A DNA stretch of 64,000 bases from Verrucomicrobiota bacterium (GCA_017305195.1 JAFKMU010000049.1:38638-102637), one strand, 5' to 3'. Shown: positions 1 through 9,895, numbered from the stretch's first letter. The notes: generated from the sequence alone by a model not told the origin. Program-made: numbers and translations.

Positions 1-772
1 GCGTGTCCCAGAGGAACGGAACATGAAAGATGGCGAGGGTGGCGGCGACGATCACAAGCGACCACTTCAGTACGTATCCCAAACGCCGCACAGCGAAAGG
101 CAAAAGCCTTTCATCGTTCAGGCTCAAGCCGCGCACCCAGCCGTAGGCGGTGAAAAGCAGGCAGAGCTGGATTGTCGTGCCGAGAAGAAATTCAAAAACG
201 AAGGACAGGGTGTTAACCACGACGCCGAGGCTCAGCACGGAGGGGACGGCGTACATTTTGGCGATGAAAATGAGTCCGATGAAGGCGACCGGCTTGATCA
301 TTGCGCACAGGGTGCAGATCAACGCCATCGGCAGGATAATCCAGATGCCCGGGCCATAACGGGCGCGCGTCATCCTGAAAATCTCCCTTCCGAGCCCCCG
401 GTAGTTCACCAACAGGAGAAAAGCCGCCACACAGGAAAGAGGGAATACCGATACCAGGCAGGTGAGCGTGGCGGCGAGCTGCTCGCCCGCCGGGATGAGC
501 CCCCTGGCGATGAGCGGCGAGATTTCAGGCTGGGTCATGTTGAAGTGAAACAGGGGGCGCGGCTCCCTGCCTGCCAGGCTGGAAATCCACATCTCCAGCG
601 CGAGTCCGAAGACTCCATAAGCGAAGGCGAATCCTGCCGGAACTTTCCAGAGCGCCCCATGGCGCAGCACGCACCGCCAGCCATCCAGATAGGCGCGCCG
701 CAACGATGGTACCCCGGAGGCCAGAAGCAAAAGCGCGGCAGGTATGCCGATCAAACCAACACGCCAATCCAT
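1..772 (-). CDS. Polytopic integral membrane protein of unknown function. N-terminus MDWRVGLIGIPAALLLLASG; the C-terminus runs beyond the window start.
   Basis: Manual translation of the minus strand gives a continuous, strongly hydrophobic ORF with no stop before position 1. The + strand ORF 23..787 listed in the track is its low-complexity antisense shadow. Confidence 0.5.
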   Translation of the reverse strand, partial: MDWRVGLIGIPAALLLLASGVPSLRRAYLDGWRCVLRHGALWKVPAGFAFAYGVFGLALEMWISSLAGREPRPLFHFNMTQPEISPLIARGLIPAGEQLAATLTCLVSVFPLSCVAAFLLLVNYRGLGREIFRMTRARYGPGIWIILPMALICTLCAMIKPVAFIGLIFIAKMYAVPSVLSLGVVVNTLSFVFEFLLGTTIQLCLLFTAYGWVRGLSLNDERLLPFAVRRLGYVLKWSLVIVAATLAIFHVPFLWDT

Positions 773-796
773 GATTTCGGAGAGTGAGGCATAAAT

Positions 797-1411
797 TTGC
801 GCTGGGAACGAGAGGAACTGATGGCGAAAATGAAGATCATGACCCTCGCAAACCACATCACGGTGGTGCGAATCCTTCTCATCCCGGTTTTCGTCCTCTT
901 TGCCGTATACTACGGGCGAAGCATTGAGGATGGCCAGCCGGAGGAGTGGCTCCGCATCGCGTCCATCATCGTGTTTATCACGGCCTCGGTGACCGACCTC
1001 CTCGACGGCTGGGTCGCGAGGAAGTTCGGGCAAATGAGCCGGGTGGGCGCTGTACTCGATCCCATCGCGGACAAGGGACTCCTTCTCTCGGCACTCATTA
1101 CCCTGACATTCAGCAAGTGGACCTACGCCTTCCCTCTCTGGTTTCTCGTCCTGGTGATTGCCCGGGATATCGTCATCATGACAGGGTGCCTCGTGGTCAA
1201 GCATCTCAACGGAAAACTCGAGGTTCACCCGAGCCTGATCGGCAAAACCGCCACCGCCACCCAGATGATCGCCCTGGCCTGGGTGATGCTTCAACTCCCC
1301 GGTCATTTGTACCCGATTTACGTCGCGGGAGCGTTTACCCTTCTCAGTGGGATGGGTTATGTGCTTGATGGAGTGAGCCAGCTCAGGCATCACGACACGC
1401 CCCATGCATAA
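797..1411 (+). CDS. pgsA: CDP-diacylglycerol--glycerol-3-phosphate 3-phosphatidyltransferase (CDP-alcohol phosphatidyltransferase). The start is possibly the ATG at 821.
   Basis: CDP-OH phosphatidyltransferase motif DLLDGWVARKFG...G...DPIADK and multiple TM segments. Confidence 0.85.
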   Translation: MRWEREELMAKMKIMTLANHITVVRILLIPVFVLFAVYYGRSIEDGQPEEWLRIASIIVFITASVTDLLDGWVARKFGQMSRVGAVLDPIADKGLLLSALITLTFSKWTYAFPLWFLVLVIARDIVIMTGCLVVKHLNGKLEVHPSLIGKTATATQMIALAWVMLQLPGHLYPIYVAGAFTLLSGMGYVLDGVSQLRHHDTPHA

Positions 1412-2765
1412 CGTTGCCATCGTAGGACGACCGAACGTAGGAAAATCAGCTCTCTTTAACCGTCTCGCAGGACGGAGGATTTCTATTGTCCACGATCAGC
1501 CAGGAGTCACCAGGGACCGTATTACCGCCAAGTGCAGGCTTGGTCGGCAGCCCTTTGAGATCGTCGACACCGGCGGTATCGGCGCCGATCCCGACCCGGA
1601 TTTCGCGGAACCGACCCAGGAGGCGGCGGAAATCGCCATCGCTGGCGCAAATGTGCTGCTTTTCGTCGTAGACGGCCAGCAGGGCGTCACGCCTCTCGAC
1701 CAGGAGTTGGCCGCCAAAATCCGCGGCTCCGGTCGTCCGGTCATCCTCGTCGTCAACAAGGTCGATACCGACGCGCATGAGGATTTTGTCATCGATTTTG
1801 CCTCCCTCGGGTTTGCCGAGGTGCGGGATGTCAGCGCGGCTCATGGGCGGGGCATTGATGAATTGATCGAAGCCGTCGACCGTCTCCTGCCTCCCCCGCT
1901 GGAAGGCGAGGAAGACCTTGCGCGGCTGCCGAAGCTCGCTCTGGTAGGTCGACCGAATGTCGGCAAGTCCTCCCTGATAAACGCCGTTCTCGACGACAAG
2001 CGGGCCATTGTCAGCGACATCCCGGGTACGACTCGCGATGCGGTCGACATCCTATGCGAGCGCGATGGGCGCAAATACGTGCTCTGCGACACGGCAGGCA
2101 TACGCCATCGCTCCAAGCACAACACCTCCGTGGAGGTCTTCAGCGTGATGCGCTCGGAGGAGACGATTCGCCGCGCAGACCTCTGTGTGCTGGTGATCGA
2201 CGTGACCTCCGGCGTTACCGCCCAGGACAAGAAGATCGCGGGCCTGATCCAGAAATCCTACAAGGCGGCGATCATCGTGCTGAACAAGTGGGATCTCATT
2301 TCCGATCCCGACATGACCGAGGCCGAGTCCCTGAAGGAACACATCGCGAGGGTGCGCGAGGAACTGTTTTTCCTGCCCTATGCTCCGGTCGTCGTATTGT
2401 CCGCCAAGACGGGCGAGAATGTCCGACGCCTGTTCACCATGATCGAGAAGGTGCGGCAGCATGCTTCTCGACGTGCCGGTACGGGCGAGTTGAACCGCCT
2501 CTTGCGCACTGTGATGGAAAAGCAGCAGCCGCCGATGAAGGGCACGCGGCGCTTCAAACTCCTCTACGCCACCCAGGTGGCAGCAGAAAGGCCCTCGGCT
2601 TTTGAGCCGCCACAGATCGTGCTTTTCGGCAACGACACGCGTCTGCTGACGGACAACTATCTGACCTACCTCAGCGCGCGCCTGCGCGAAAAATGGGAGT
2701 TTCCCGGGCTGCCGCTCATCATACGGCAGCGCGGGAGAGAGAAGAAAACGGACGAGAAGGCCTAG
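1404..2765 (+). CDS. der: Ribosome-biogenesis GTPase Der (EngA), with two tandem GTP-binding domains.
   Basis: Two G domains (GRPNVGKS ... DTGG and GRPNVGKSS ... DTAG, NKWD) and a KH-like C-terminus. Confidence 0.9.
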   Translation: MHNVAIVGRPNVGKSALFNRLAGRRISIVHDQPGVTRDRITAKCRLGRQPFEIVDTGGIGADPDPDFAEPTQEAAEIAIAGANVLLFVVDGQQGVTPLDQELAAKIRGSGRPVILVVNKVDTDAHEDFVIDFASLGFAEVRDVSAAHGRGIDELIEAVDRLLPPPLEGEEDLARLPKLALVGRPNVGKSSLINAVLDDKRAIVSDIPGTTRDAVDILCERDGRKYVLCDTAGIRHRSKHNTSVEVFSVMRSEETIRRADLCVLVIDVTSGVTAQDKKIAGLIQKSYKAAIIVLNKWDLISDPDMTEAESLKEHIARVREELFFLPYAPVVVLSAKTGENVRRLFTMIEKVRQHASRRAGTGELNRLLRTVMEKQQPPMKGTRRFKLLYATQVAAERPSAFEPPQIVLFGNDTRLLTDNYLTYLSARLREKWEFPGLPLIIRQRGREKKTDEKA

Positions 2766-3283
2766 TACGTCGAGTTGTGCGGCACGGCGTATCCCATCAC
2801 GCCGAAGATCAGCTGCAGGATCCAGACCACCACGCCAAGCGCCAGTCCGATGTAGCCGAGAATCAAACCGGCTTTTGCCAGATTAAGACCTTCCAAAGCC
2901 GGGTCCTTGGCCAGTTGCTTGAGTGCGAGATGGCCAAAGACGATGGCGCCAATGTTGACCACAAGAGCCGAGCAGCAGATCAAACCCAGAATACCGAGGA
3001 CCAGAGACGTAATGGCAAAACCATTCGTCTTTCCCTTGGCGGCTGGGACGGTGGTCGCTATGGCTGGGGCGGGTTGCACTACAGGAATTGCAGGAGTCGG
3101 AGCCATGGGCGGAACTGGTTCGCTGGCGGTGGCTCGAGCAGCGGAAAGTTTGATCCAGTTTGCGGTGCCTTGCTGCCAGACAAGCGAGTCATCGTTTAAC
3201 TGACCTTCACTGTGGAGACGCTCGATTTCCGTGAAAGCCACGGGGCCCACCTGTTGGCCGTCTTTGGAGTAGAACCAGTTCAT
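2762..3283 (-). CDS. GYF-like (DUF4339-type) N-terminal domain protein with a C-terminal transmembrane region.
   Basis: N-terminal WFYSKDGQQVGPV...EGQL...W..G...W GYF-like pattern, then a Pro/Ala linker and two hydrophobic helices. It converges on the der stop. Confidence 0.55.
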   Translation of the reverse strand: MNWFYSKDGQQVGPVAFTEIERLHSEGQLNDDSLVWQQGTANWIKLSAARATASEPVPPMAPTPAIPVVQPAPAIATTVPAAKGKTNGFAITSLVLGILGLICCSALVVNIGAIVFGHLALKQLAKDPALEGLNLAKAGLILGYIGLALGVVVWILQLIFGVMGYAVPHNSTY

Positions 3284-3328
3284 GGTTTGAGCGTGTAGCG
3301 TTTTTACGATATCTTAGTCGAGCGCAAA

Positions 3329-3823
3329 TCAAGGATTCTGACTGCCCGTATGACGCAGGAGAAAGGCGGCCACGGGATTTTGAGGATTCAGCAGCTCGGA
3401 TTTCGATCCCCGGAGCGCTCCCGCGATCTGGGGAATCCACCAGATGATAAGCACCAGAATCACCCATGGGAGGAACTTTCCGTAACGCTGGGCGAGAGTT
3501 TCCCAAGGATACAGGCGCCTGCCTCGGAGTCCCTCGACAAGCAGGATCGCAGCCATCGTCGCAATGGCGATCACGGCGGGTATGGCCAAGGCATTCAGGC
3601 GGACAGCTATCGAGAGATCGCCCTGGAGAAAGGCCTTGGCGGCGCGTGTGCCGCCGCAGAGCGGACAGGGAAGCCCGGTGAGGCTATAAAAAGTGCAGGA
3701 CGTCGGAGACCAGCCTCCGCCGAGGGGCAGTAGGGGAAGAAGTGCGAGCAATACAATAAGCGCGCCGCCGACCAGAAATCTCAAGAAGCGCCCGCCCGGC
3801 AAAAACGGCGGCTGGACACTCAT
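3329..3823 (-). CDS. DUF2752 family membrane protein.
   Basis: CPLCGGTR motif between hydrophobic helices, typical of DUF2752. Its start overlaps the rsmI stop (ATGA). Confidence 0.6.
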   Translation of the reverse strand: MSVQPPFLPGGRFLRFLVGGALIVLLALLPLLPLGGGWSPTSCTFYSLTGLPCPLCGGTRAAKAFLQGDLSIAVRLNALAIPAVIAIATMAAILLVEGLRGRRLYPWETLAQRYGKFLPWVILVLIIWWIPQIAGALRGSKSELLNPQNPVAAFLLRHTGSQNP

Positions 3824-4482
3824 TTGTTGGAAATCAGCAGGGTGATTTCACCCTTGGGCGGGTGGGCGTCGTAGTGAACGGCCAACTCAGCCGGTTTTCC
3901 ACGCCGGTACTCTTCGAATTTCTTGGTCAGCTCACGGGCGACGCATACCGAGGCTTCAGGAGCGACTTCGGCCAATACGCCGAGGCTTTTGGCCAGCCGA
4001 TAGGGAGACTCGAAGTAGATGCTCGTTTCCTCGCGGGCAATCGCCGCTTCCAGTTCATTGCGGCGCTGACCGCTTTTGACCGGAAGAAACCCGCCGAAAT
4101 AAAATGAATCGCTCGGCAGGCCGGACCCGGCGAGCGCTGTCACCACGGCGCTGGGACCGGGCAATACAGTGACGGGGAGATCGCGTTCGCGGCAGGCCCG
4201 GACGAGCCGGAAGCCGGGGTCCGAGATGCCAGGCATCCCCGCGTCCGTGATCAGGGCGACCTTTCGCCCCTGGGCGATCTCCTCGACCAGCACGGCGGTC
4301 TTTCCCGCCTCATTGTGCTCGTGGAAGCTCACCATCGGTTTGCTGATGCCGTGATGGTGCAGCAGGATGCCGGAGTGCCGGGTGTCTTCCGCAGCAATGA
4401 CATCGGCTTCACGCAGCGCCTCGAGCGCTCGCAGCGTGATATCCTGCAGGTTCCCAATCGGCGTCGGGATAACGGTCAGCAA
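3820..4482 (-). CDS. rsmI: 16S rRNA (cytidine1402-2'-O)-methyltransferase.
   Basis: Tetrapyrrole-methylase-fold motifs: N-terminal TPIGNLQDITLRALE, EDTRHS and LITDAGMPGISDPG. Confidence 0.85.
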   Translation of the reverse strand: MLTVIPTPIGNLQDITLRALEALREADVIAAEDTRHSGILLHHHGISKPMVSFHEHNEAGKTAVLVEEIAQGRKVALITDAGMPGISDPGFRLVRACRERDLPVTVLPGPSAVVTALAGSGLPSDSFYFGGFLPVKSGQRRNELEAAIAREETSIYFESPYRLAKSLGVLAEVAPEASVCVARELTKKFEEYRRGKPAELAVHYDAHPPKGEITLLISNK

Positions 4483-4488
4483 AATATC

Positions 4489-4989
4489 TTACCAGCCTTC
4501 GCTGAGGGCGGCCGACAGATCGACGGCAAGCCGTTGGGCGGCGAGCGGGATGGCCTGGCGCTCGGTGGTTTGGAGATCGTTGGTCGAGAAGAAGGAGGTG
4601 TCGCCCTGGACGACGCTCTTCATCAGGAGCGCGCCGGTGACCCGGTCCACGACCTGATAACTGACGGTGACCGTGAGGCCAAATTCACTCGTCGCCAGCA
4701 CGTTGTTCTGCACGGAACGCAGCGAGCGGCGCTCGACCTTGGTCACCGTACCGAGAAGGATGGCATCGGCCGTATCATCCGAGACGATGGTGTAGGTGCC
4801 GTCCTGCTGGAGCTGCTTGATGACGGTGTCGGCCACGAGCACCTCGATACGAGGTTCGTACGTATTGTTTTTGAATGTCGGCACAGCCAGCGTCCTTACG
4901 GCACGCATCGGGGTGGGGCGGATCTCACCCAGCTTGTATCCGCAACCGCTGAGAAGGATGGCGACTAGAAGGAGGCTGACAGTTCTCAT
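4489..4989 (-). CDS. lptE: LptE-like LPS-assembly lipoprotein.
   Basis: Signal peptide with lipobox LLSGC. The size (166 aa) and its position immediately downstream of a BamD-like gene fit LptE. Similarity is judged by eye only. Confidence 0.5.
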   Translation of the reverse strand: MRTVSLLLVAILLSGCGYKLGEIRPTPMRAVRTLAVPTFKNNTYEPRIEVLVADTVIKQLQQDGTYTIVSDDTADAILLGTVTKVERRSLRSVQNNVLATSEFGLTVTVSYQVVDRVTGALLMKSVVQGDTSFFSTNDLQTTERQAIPLAAQRLAVDLSAALSEGW

Positions 4990-6143
4990 TGATTGGGCAG
5001 GGCGGGTTCGACGGCGGGCAGGGGCTGGACGTCGCGAACGTTCGTCCGGAGCTTGGGCGCGCGGGAAATCGGGAGTTCATCCGGAACGATGTCCTTCTTG
5101 GAAGGACCGGCATAATCGGCCAGGGCCGAGGTCTCCACCTGGGCTTGCAGGCGGCGGCGGAGCGCCTGCTGCTCGCCCGACTCGGCGCGCTCGGAGCCGA
5201 CGCGGAGGGCGTCCTCGCCGACGGAGTTGCGCAGTTCGTTCAGCCGGGTCTTGGCGTACTCCGCATCCGGCGTCTTGGGCTGCTTGCGGATCACATCGTT
5301 GTAGTAGATGACCGCCGCTTTGTAATTGCGGGCCCAGTCGTAGTATTTCGCGATGGCGATCAGGTCGCCTGCTTCCGACTGGCCGAGGGTCACGAGATTG
5401 TCCCGGGCTTGCGCAGCTTTTTCACTCTTGGGAAACTGGAGCAGGAAATCCTCAAAGGTCTCACGTGCCTGGACCAAGGCCGAGAGATCGCGCGTGTCGC
5501 CCGTCATTCCCGCCTGCATGTAGATATAGCCGATCTGGTAAAGCGCATCGTCGGCCACGTCGCTGTTGGGATATTTGTCGAGCACGGTCTGGTAGGCATT
5601 GCGCGCATCGGCGAGCATCTTCTGGCGCTCGTAAGTCAGACCGAGGTTGAACTGCGCGACCGGCGCGTGCTTGCTGTAGGGGGCGTTGTTCAGGATCGAG
5701 CGGTACATCTGCTGTGCGCGCTCGGCGCCCGGGATGATGGGCATGCCGAGGAAAACGACGCGTTTTCCTTGGAGGTATTGGTTGGCGATGAGCACCTGCT
5801 GGGCCACCGCCTGCTCAAACTCCGGCGTGTCCGGGTAGCGGCTGACGAGGGTTTGGTACGCATCGAATGCCTTGCTGGCATTGCCCTGTTCCTCGAGGAT
5901 CTGGGCGATGCGGAACTGCGCTTTCGACGCCTGGGCTGCCGCAGGATAGATTTTTAGGAAATTCTGGTAGGCGGCGAGTGCGTTCTGGTACTGGCCGGCT
6001 TCGTCGTATTGCTTCGCGGAGGCAAAGGCCGTGGCGGCGTCGCTTGGCGTAGATGCCTGCGTCTCACGCCTTTCCTGCGCCGCGACGGGGCGCGCGAGGA
6101 GCAGTGCCACGAGCAAAATAGGCGCAAAGAATTTGGATAACAT
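4986..6143 (-). CDS. bamD: TPR-repeat outer-membrane assembly factor BamD (YfiO)-like protein.
   Basis: Signal peptide followed by multiple TPR-like repeats (YDEAGQYQNALAAYQNFLKIYP etc.), and it lies upstream of lptE and rsmI. It has a cleavable signal rather than a lipobox, so the call is tentative. Confidence 0.5.
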   Translation of the reverse strand: MLSKFFAPILLVALLLARPVAAQERRETQASTPSDAATAFASAKQYDEAGQYQNALAAYQNFLKIYPAAAQASKAQFRIAQILEEQGNASKAFDAYQTLVSRYPDTPEFEQAVAQQVLIANQYLQGKRVVFLGMPIIPGAERAQQMYRSILNNAPYSKHAPVAQFNLGLTYERQKMLADARNAYQTVLDKYPNSDVADDALYQIGYIYMQAGMTGDTRDLSALVQARETFEDFLLQFPKSEKAAQARDNLVTLGQSEAGDLIAIAKYYDWARNYKAAVIYYNDVIRKQPKTPDAEYAKTRLNELRNSVGEDALRVGSERAESGEQQALRRRLQAQVETSALADYAGPSKKDIVPDELPISRAPKLRTNVRDVQPLPAVEPALPNQ

Positions 6144-6260
6144 GCAGGCGGCGCAACGTAGGAAACATCCCGGCTGGCGTCAACTGCAATAGTCCCCGAG
6201 AGGCCGAGGGAAATTCTGATTCCTGCTGGCATCCGGCTTGTTCACCGCTAACCTGCGCCG

Positions 6261-7151
6261 ATGCGTCTGCTTTTGATCGACGGCCACTACTACCTTTACC
6301 GGTCCTTTTTCGCGATCCGGGGACTCTCCAATTCGAAAGGGGAGCCGACCAATGCGATTTACGGTTTCTCCAAGGCGATCCGACGCATGATCGCCGATAT
6401 CCGGCCCGACCGCGCAGCCGTGATCTGGGACTGCGGTCTGCCCGCACGCCGGACAGAGCTTCAGCCGGAGTACAAGCAGAACCGCACCGAGATGCCGGAC
6501 GACCTGCGGCCTCAGGAGGGCTGGTTGCAGCGGAATGTGCCGCTCTTCGGGCTCGCCAGTCTCAAGACGCCCAACACCGAAGCCGACGATCTCATCGCAT
6601 CCTACACCGTGGCCGCCATGGCCGACGGCGCCGAGGTGGTCATCGCCACCAACGACAAGGACATCATGCAGATGGTATGTGGACAGGTTTCGATCTACGC
6701 CACTCTCAAGGACGCCTTTGCGCTCCTCGGGCCCGAGGATGTGGAAAAGAAATGGGGCGTGCCGCCTCCCTCCATCGCCGATGTCCTGGCCCTCACGGGG
6801 GATTCCTCGGACAACATCCCCGGCGTGCCGGGAATCGGGGAGAAAACCGCCGCCCAGCTCGTGCGCGCCCATGGAACGACCGAGACCATGCTGGCCAACG
6901 TGCCGGCCATCACTCCGGCGCGTCTCCAGGAAAAAATCGCCACCTACAGGGATCAGATAGTCAGTAATCGACAGATGGTCGCCCTGGATCTCGATCTTCC
7001 GCTGCCTGTCAGCTGGAAGGAGTTGGAAATCCGGCCGCAATATCCGGAGCTGATCGCCGCCTTGCGCGAATGCGAGTTCAAGGGTCTGCTCAAAGAGGTG
7101 GAGGACGAGGCCGCCAAGGCCATGCCCAGGCAGGCCGACCTTTTTGCCTAG
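6261..7151 (+). CDS. Stand-alone 5'-3' exonuclease / flap endonuclease (PolI N-terminal domain-like).
   Basis: 5'-3' exonuclease N- and C-domain residues (LLLIDGHYYLYRSFFA ... TNDKDIMQ ... LTGDSSDNIPGVPGIGEKTA, an H3TH motif). Confidence 0.85.
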   Translation: MRLLLIDGHYYLYRSFFAIRGLSNSKGEPTNAIYGFSKAIRRMIADIRPDRAAVIWDCGLPARRTELQPEYKQNRTEMPDDLRPQEGWLQRNVPLFGLASLKTPNTEADDLIASYTVAAMADGAEVVIATNDKDIMQMVCGQVSIYATLKDAFALLGPEDVEKKWGVPPPSIADVLALTGDSSDNIPGVPGIGEKTAAQLVRAHGTTETMLANVPAITPARLQEKIATYRDQIVSNRQMVALDLDLPLPVSWKELEIRPQYPELIAALRECEFKGLLKEVEDEAAKAMPRQADLFA

Positions 7152-7211
7152 GACGTTTCGCGGGTTCCCGGGCGGGATTTTTTGATGGGAAATCCGGGTT
7201 GCGGAGATAAT

Positions 7212-7227
7212 TGGCTCGGAAATTGCT
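7212..7227 (+). promoter_or_regulatory. Sigma-54 (-24/-12) type promoter-like element TGGCTC-N5-TTGCT, about 37 bp upstream of rpoN. It is followed by the palindrome CTTGC-ACTA-GCAAG (7226-7239).
   Basis: Direct read: ttGGctcggaaattGCttgc has exact GG-N10-GC spacing and a 5/6 + 4/4 match to TGGCAC-N5-TTGC. Confidence 0.3.
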
Positions 7228-7263
7228 TGCACTAGCAAGTTGAGTGCCTGATTTTGAACGCCG

Positions 7264-8643
7264 ATGATCGGCATGGAACAGGTTCAAGGGTTGGCTCTAC
7301 AGCAGACCCTGTCCCCTCAGATGCAGCAAAGCCTGCATATTCTCCAGGCGCCGCTGATGGAGTTGCGACAGTTGGTAGCTTCCGAGCTACAGGCCAACCC
7401 CGTGCTGGAGGAGGAGAACCGCACCACGTCTCCCTCGCTCGATGAGGCGCCGATCCAGCAGGGATCGACTTTGGAGGATGAGTGGCGCGAGGTTTACAGC
7501 CAGCGCGGGCCGTCGGAACAGTGGACGTCCGAGGCGCTGGAGCGGCGGCAGCATTTTTTTGATTCACACACCCGTCCGCAAACCCTCCAGCAGCATCTGC
7601 TGGAGCAGCTCGGGGCGAGTGCTCTGACGCCCGCGCGCAAGGGAGTCGCCATGGTCGTCGTGGGAAATGTCGACGACCGCGGGTATCTGCGGGCGGAAAC
7701 CCACGAGATCGCCGCCCAGGCCGGGTGTACCGATCAGGAGGCCGAGGAGGTGATCGAGATCATCCAGGAACTCGAGCCTCCCGGGGTCTGCGCCCGCTCG
7801 CTTTCGGAATGCCTCTTTCTCCAACTCAAGCGCCTGGGACAGCAATACAGCGTCGCGAGCCGCATCGCTCAGCACTATCTGGAGGAGCTCGGCCGCAGAA
7901 AGCTCAGCGACATCGCGCGCCAGCTTCGCGTGCCGCTCTCGGAGGTGCAGCGCGCCGCGGAGGAGATTTCCCATCTGGAGCCCAGGCCGGGCCGCCCGTT
8001 TTCCGCCGAGGAGGAGCAGACGGTCGTTGCGGACATCATCATGGAACGGGATGGAGACGAGTATACGCTCTCGCTGAACAATTCCGAGATCCCTTCGCTG
8101 CGCATCGGCAATGATTACAAAGACATGCTGGCCCAGCCCGGGGCGAACCGCGAGGTGAAGGAATACCTGCGCGAGAAGATCCGGGGAGGGCGGTTTTTCA
8201 TCAAGTGCATCGAACAGCGGCAGCATACACTGCTCAACATTGCCCGCGAGATTGTGAACCGTCAGAGGGAGTTCTTCGATCTCGGGCCGGCGCACCTTCA
8301 TCCCATGACGATGAGCCAGGTCGCGCAGGCTGTCGGGGTGCATGAGACCACGGTGAGCCGTGCGGTTTCCGGGAAATACATGTCCACGCCCCGGGGGCTT
8401 TTCGAACTGAAGTACTTCTTCACCTCCGGCTATACCACATCGGAAGGGGAGTCCGTCAGCAACGAGAGCGTTCGCCAGGCCATCGCCGAGATCATCAAGA
8501 GCGAGGACCCGCGCAAGCCGCCCAGCGATCAGGATATCGTGAAGATGCTCAGCGAGCGCGGCGTGCCGATCGCCCGGCGCACGGTGGCCAAGTACCGCGA
8601 GCAGCTCGGCATCCTTCCGAGCCACCTGAGAAAGTCGTTCTAG
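7264..8643 (+). CDS. rpoN: RNA polymerase sigma-54 factor.
   Basis: Gln-rich N-terminal region I, a core-binding region, a C-terminal HTH and the RpoN box (ARRTVAKYRE). Confidence 0.9.
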   Translation: MIGMEQVQGLALQQTLSPQMQQSLHILQAPLMELRQLVASELQANPVLEEENRTTSPSLDEAPIQQGSTLEDEWREVYSQRGPSEQWTSEALERRQHFFDSHTRPQTLQQHLLEQLGASALTPARKGVAMVVVGNVDDRGYLRAETHEIAAQAGCTDQEAEEVIEIIQELEPPGVCARSLSECLFLQLKRLGQQYSVASRIAQHYLEELGRRKLSDIARQLRVPLSEVQRAAEEISHLEPRPGRPFSAEEEQTVVADIIMERDGDEYTLSLNNSEIPSLRIGNDYKDMLAQPGANREVKEYLREKIRGGRFFIKCIEQRQHTLLNIAREIVNRQREFFDLGPAHLHPMTMSQVAQAVGVHETTVSRAVSGKYMSTPRGLFELKYFFTSGYTTSEGESVSNESVRQAIAEIIKSEDPRKPPSDQDIVKMLSERGVPIARRTVAKYREQLGILPSHLRKSF

Positions 8644-8839
8644 CCTGCGAATCCGGCGCGAGATGCCGGATGGGCCGGGCTCACCAAACTGGCGAGAACT
8701 CAGGTATTTTCCTTCCGACGTCTGCCATAGATTGCGTGAGCGTCTGGCAGTTGGCCGGACTGGGAAATAGCGGGACGATACGAATCTGTCTCAGTTGCCC
8801 CTTGGTGGTCCGGGCGGCGGTGTGCATAATGGACGGTCT

Positions 8840-9895
8840 ATGTCTTCCATCGATGTCACGGCTCTGCGTGAAGCACTGCAAACCGTCAAGTACCCGGGAT
8901 TCTCGCGGGATATCGTCTCTTTTGGCCTCGTAAAGGATATCCAGACCGACGGGCAGGACGTGCAGGTGCAGATGACGCTGACCACGGCTGACCCGAAGGT
9001 GGCCCGTACCATCCACGACGAGGCCGAGGCGGCGCTGAAGCGCCTGCCGGGCGTGCGTGCGGTCGAGGTGAAAATCGACGTCCAGGCTCCGGCGCAGGCC
9101 GCGGGCGTGCCGGGACCGGCCCGCATCCCCGGTGTAAAGCACGTCATCGCCGTGGCGAGCGGCAAGGGGGGAGTGGGCAAGTCCACCGTCGCCGCCAATC
9201 TCGCTCTCGCGCTGTCTGCCACTGGAGCGAAGGTGGGTTTGCTGGATTGCGATTTTTACGGTCCGAGCATCGCGATGATGTTTGGCAGCAACGAGCGTCC
9301 CACTGCGGATGACGACAACAACATCATCCCGGTCGAACGCGAGGGACTGAAGCTCATGTCGATGGGCTTCCTGCTCGAGGACGATTCTCCGGCGGTCCTG
9401 CGCGGTCCCATCGTTACGCGGTACACCCAGCAGTTTCTCCGCCAGGTCACCTGGGCTCCTCTCGATTACCTCGTCCTCGATCTGCCTCCTGGCACGGGCG
9501 ACATCCAGCTCACCATCGTCCAGACGATCGCCCTGAGCGGCGCTGTGATCGTGACTACTCCGCAGGAGGTGGCCTTGATCGATGCCCGCAAGGCGGTCGG
9601 CATGTTTGAGCGCACCAACGTGCCGGTCCTCGGTATCGTGGAAAACATGAGCTATTTCCTCTGCCCGAGCGACGGCGTGCGGTACAACATCTTTGGCGAG
9701 GGCGGGGGCCAGCGGGAGGCGGCTCGCCTCAAGGTGCCCTTGCTCGGCGAAGTCCCGATCGAGATCGCCGTGCGGGAATCCGGAGATATCGGCAAACCCA
9801 TCGTGGCGGCTGATCCCGAGAGCGCCGTTGCCCGGGAGTTTATCAAGATCGCGTCGCAAGTCCGCCAGAAGGCCGAAAGTGCTTTAGGTCATTAG
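8840..9895 (+). CDS. apbC: Fe-S cluster carrier ATPase Mrp/ApbC (NBP35 family). The track ORF starts at a TTG at 8795; the ATG at 8840 is more likely.
   Basis: DUF59-like N-terminal domain, a deviant Walker A (SGKGGVGKST) and a CxxC-type motif (FLCPSDG region). Confidence 0.85.
   Translation: MSSIDVTALREALQTVKYPGFSRDIVSFGLVKDIQTDGQDVQVQMTLTTADPKVARTIHDEAEAALKRLPGVRAVEVKIDVQAPAQAAGVPGPARIPGVKHVIAVASGKGGVGKSTVAANLALALSATGAKVGLLDCDFYGPSIAMMFGSNERPTADDDNNIIPVEREGLKLMSMGFLLEDDSPAVLRGPIVTRYTQQFLRQVTWAPLDYLVLDLPPGTGDIQLTIVQTIALSGAVIVTTPQEVALIDARKAVGMFERTNVPVLGIVENMSYFLCPSDGVRYNIFGEGGGQREAARLKVPLLGEVPIEIAVRESGDIGKPIVAADPESAVAREFIKIASQVRQKAESALGH

Noticed and set aside
23-787. 254-aa + strand ORF rich in G/D/R/E.
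   Set aside because: It is the antisense shadow of a convincing hydrophobic membrane-protein ORF on the minus strand (1..772). Its low-complexity charged composition is typical of spurious ORFs in high-GC DNA.
8681-9859. 392-aa minus-strand ORF.
   Set aside because: It lies entirely antisense to mrp/apbC, which has clear Walker A and DUF59 motifs, and it has Arg/Asp/His-rich low complexity.
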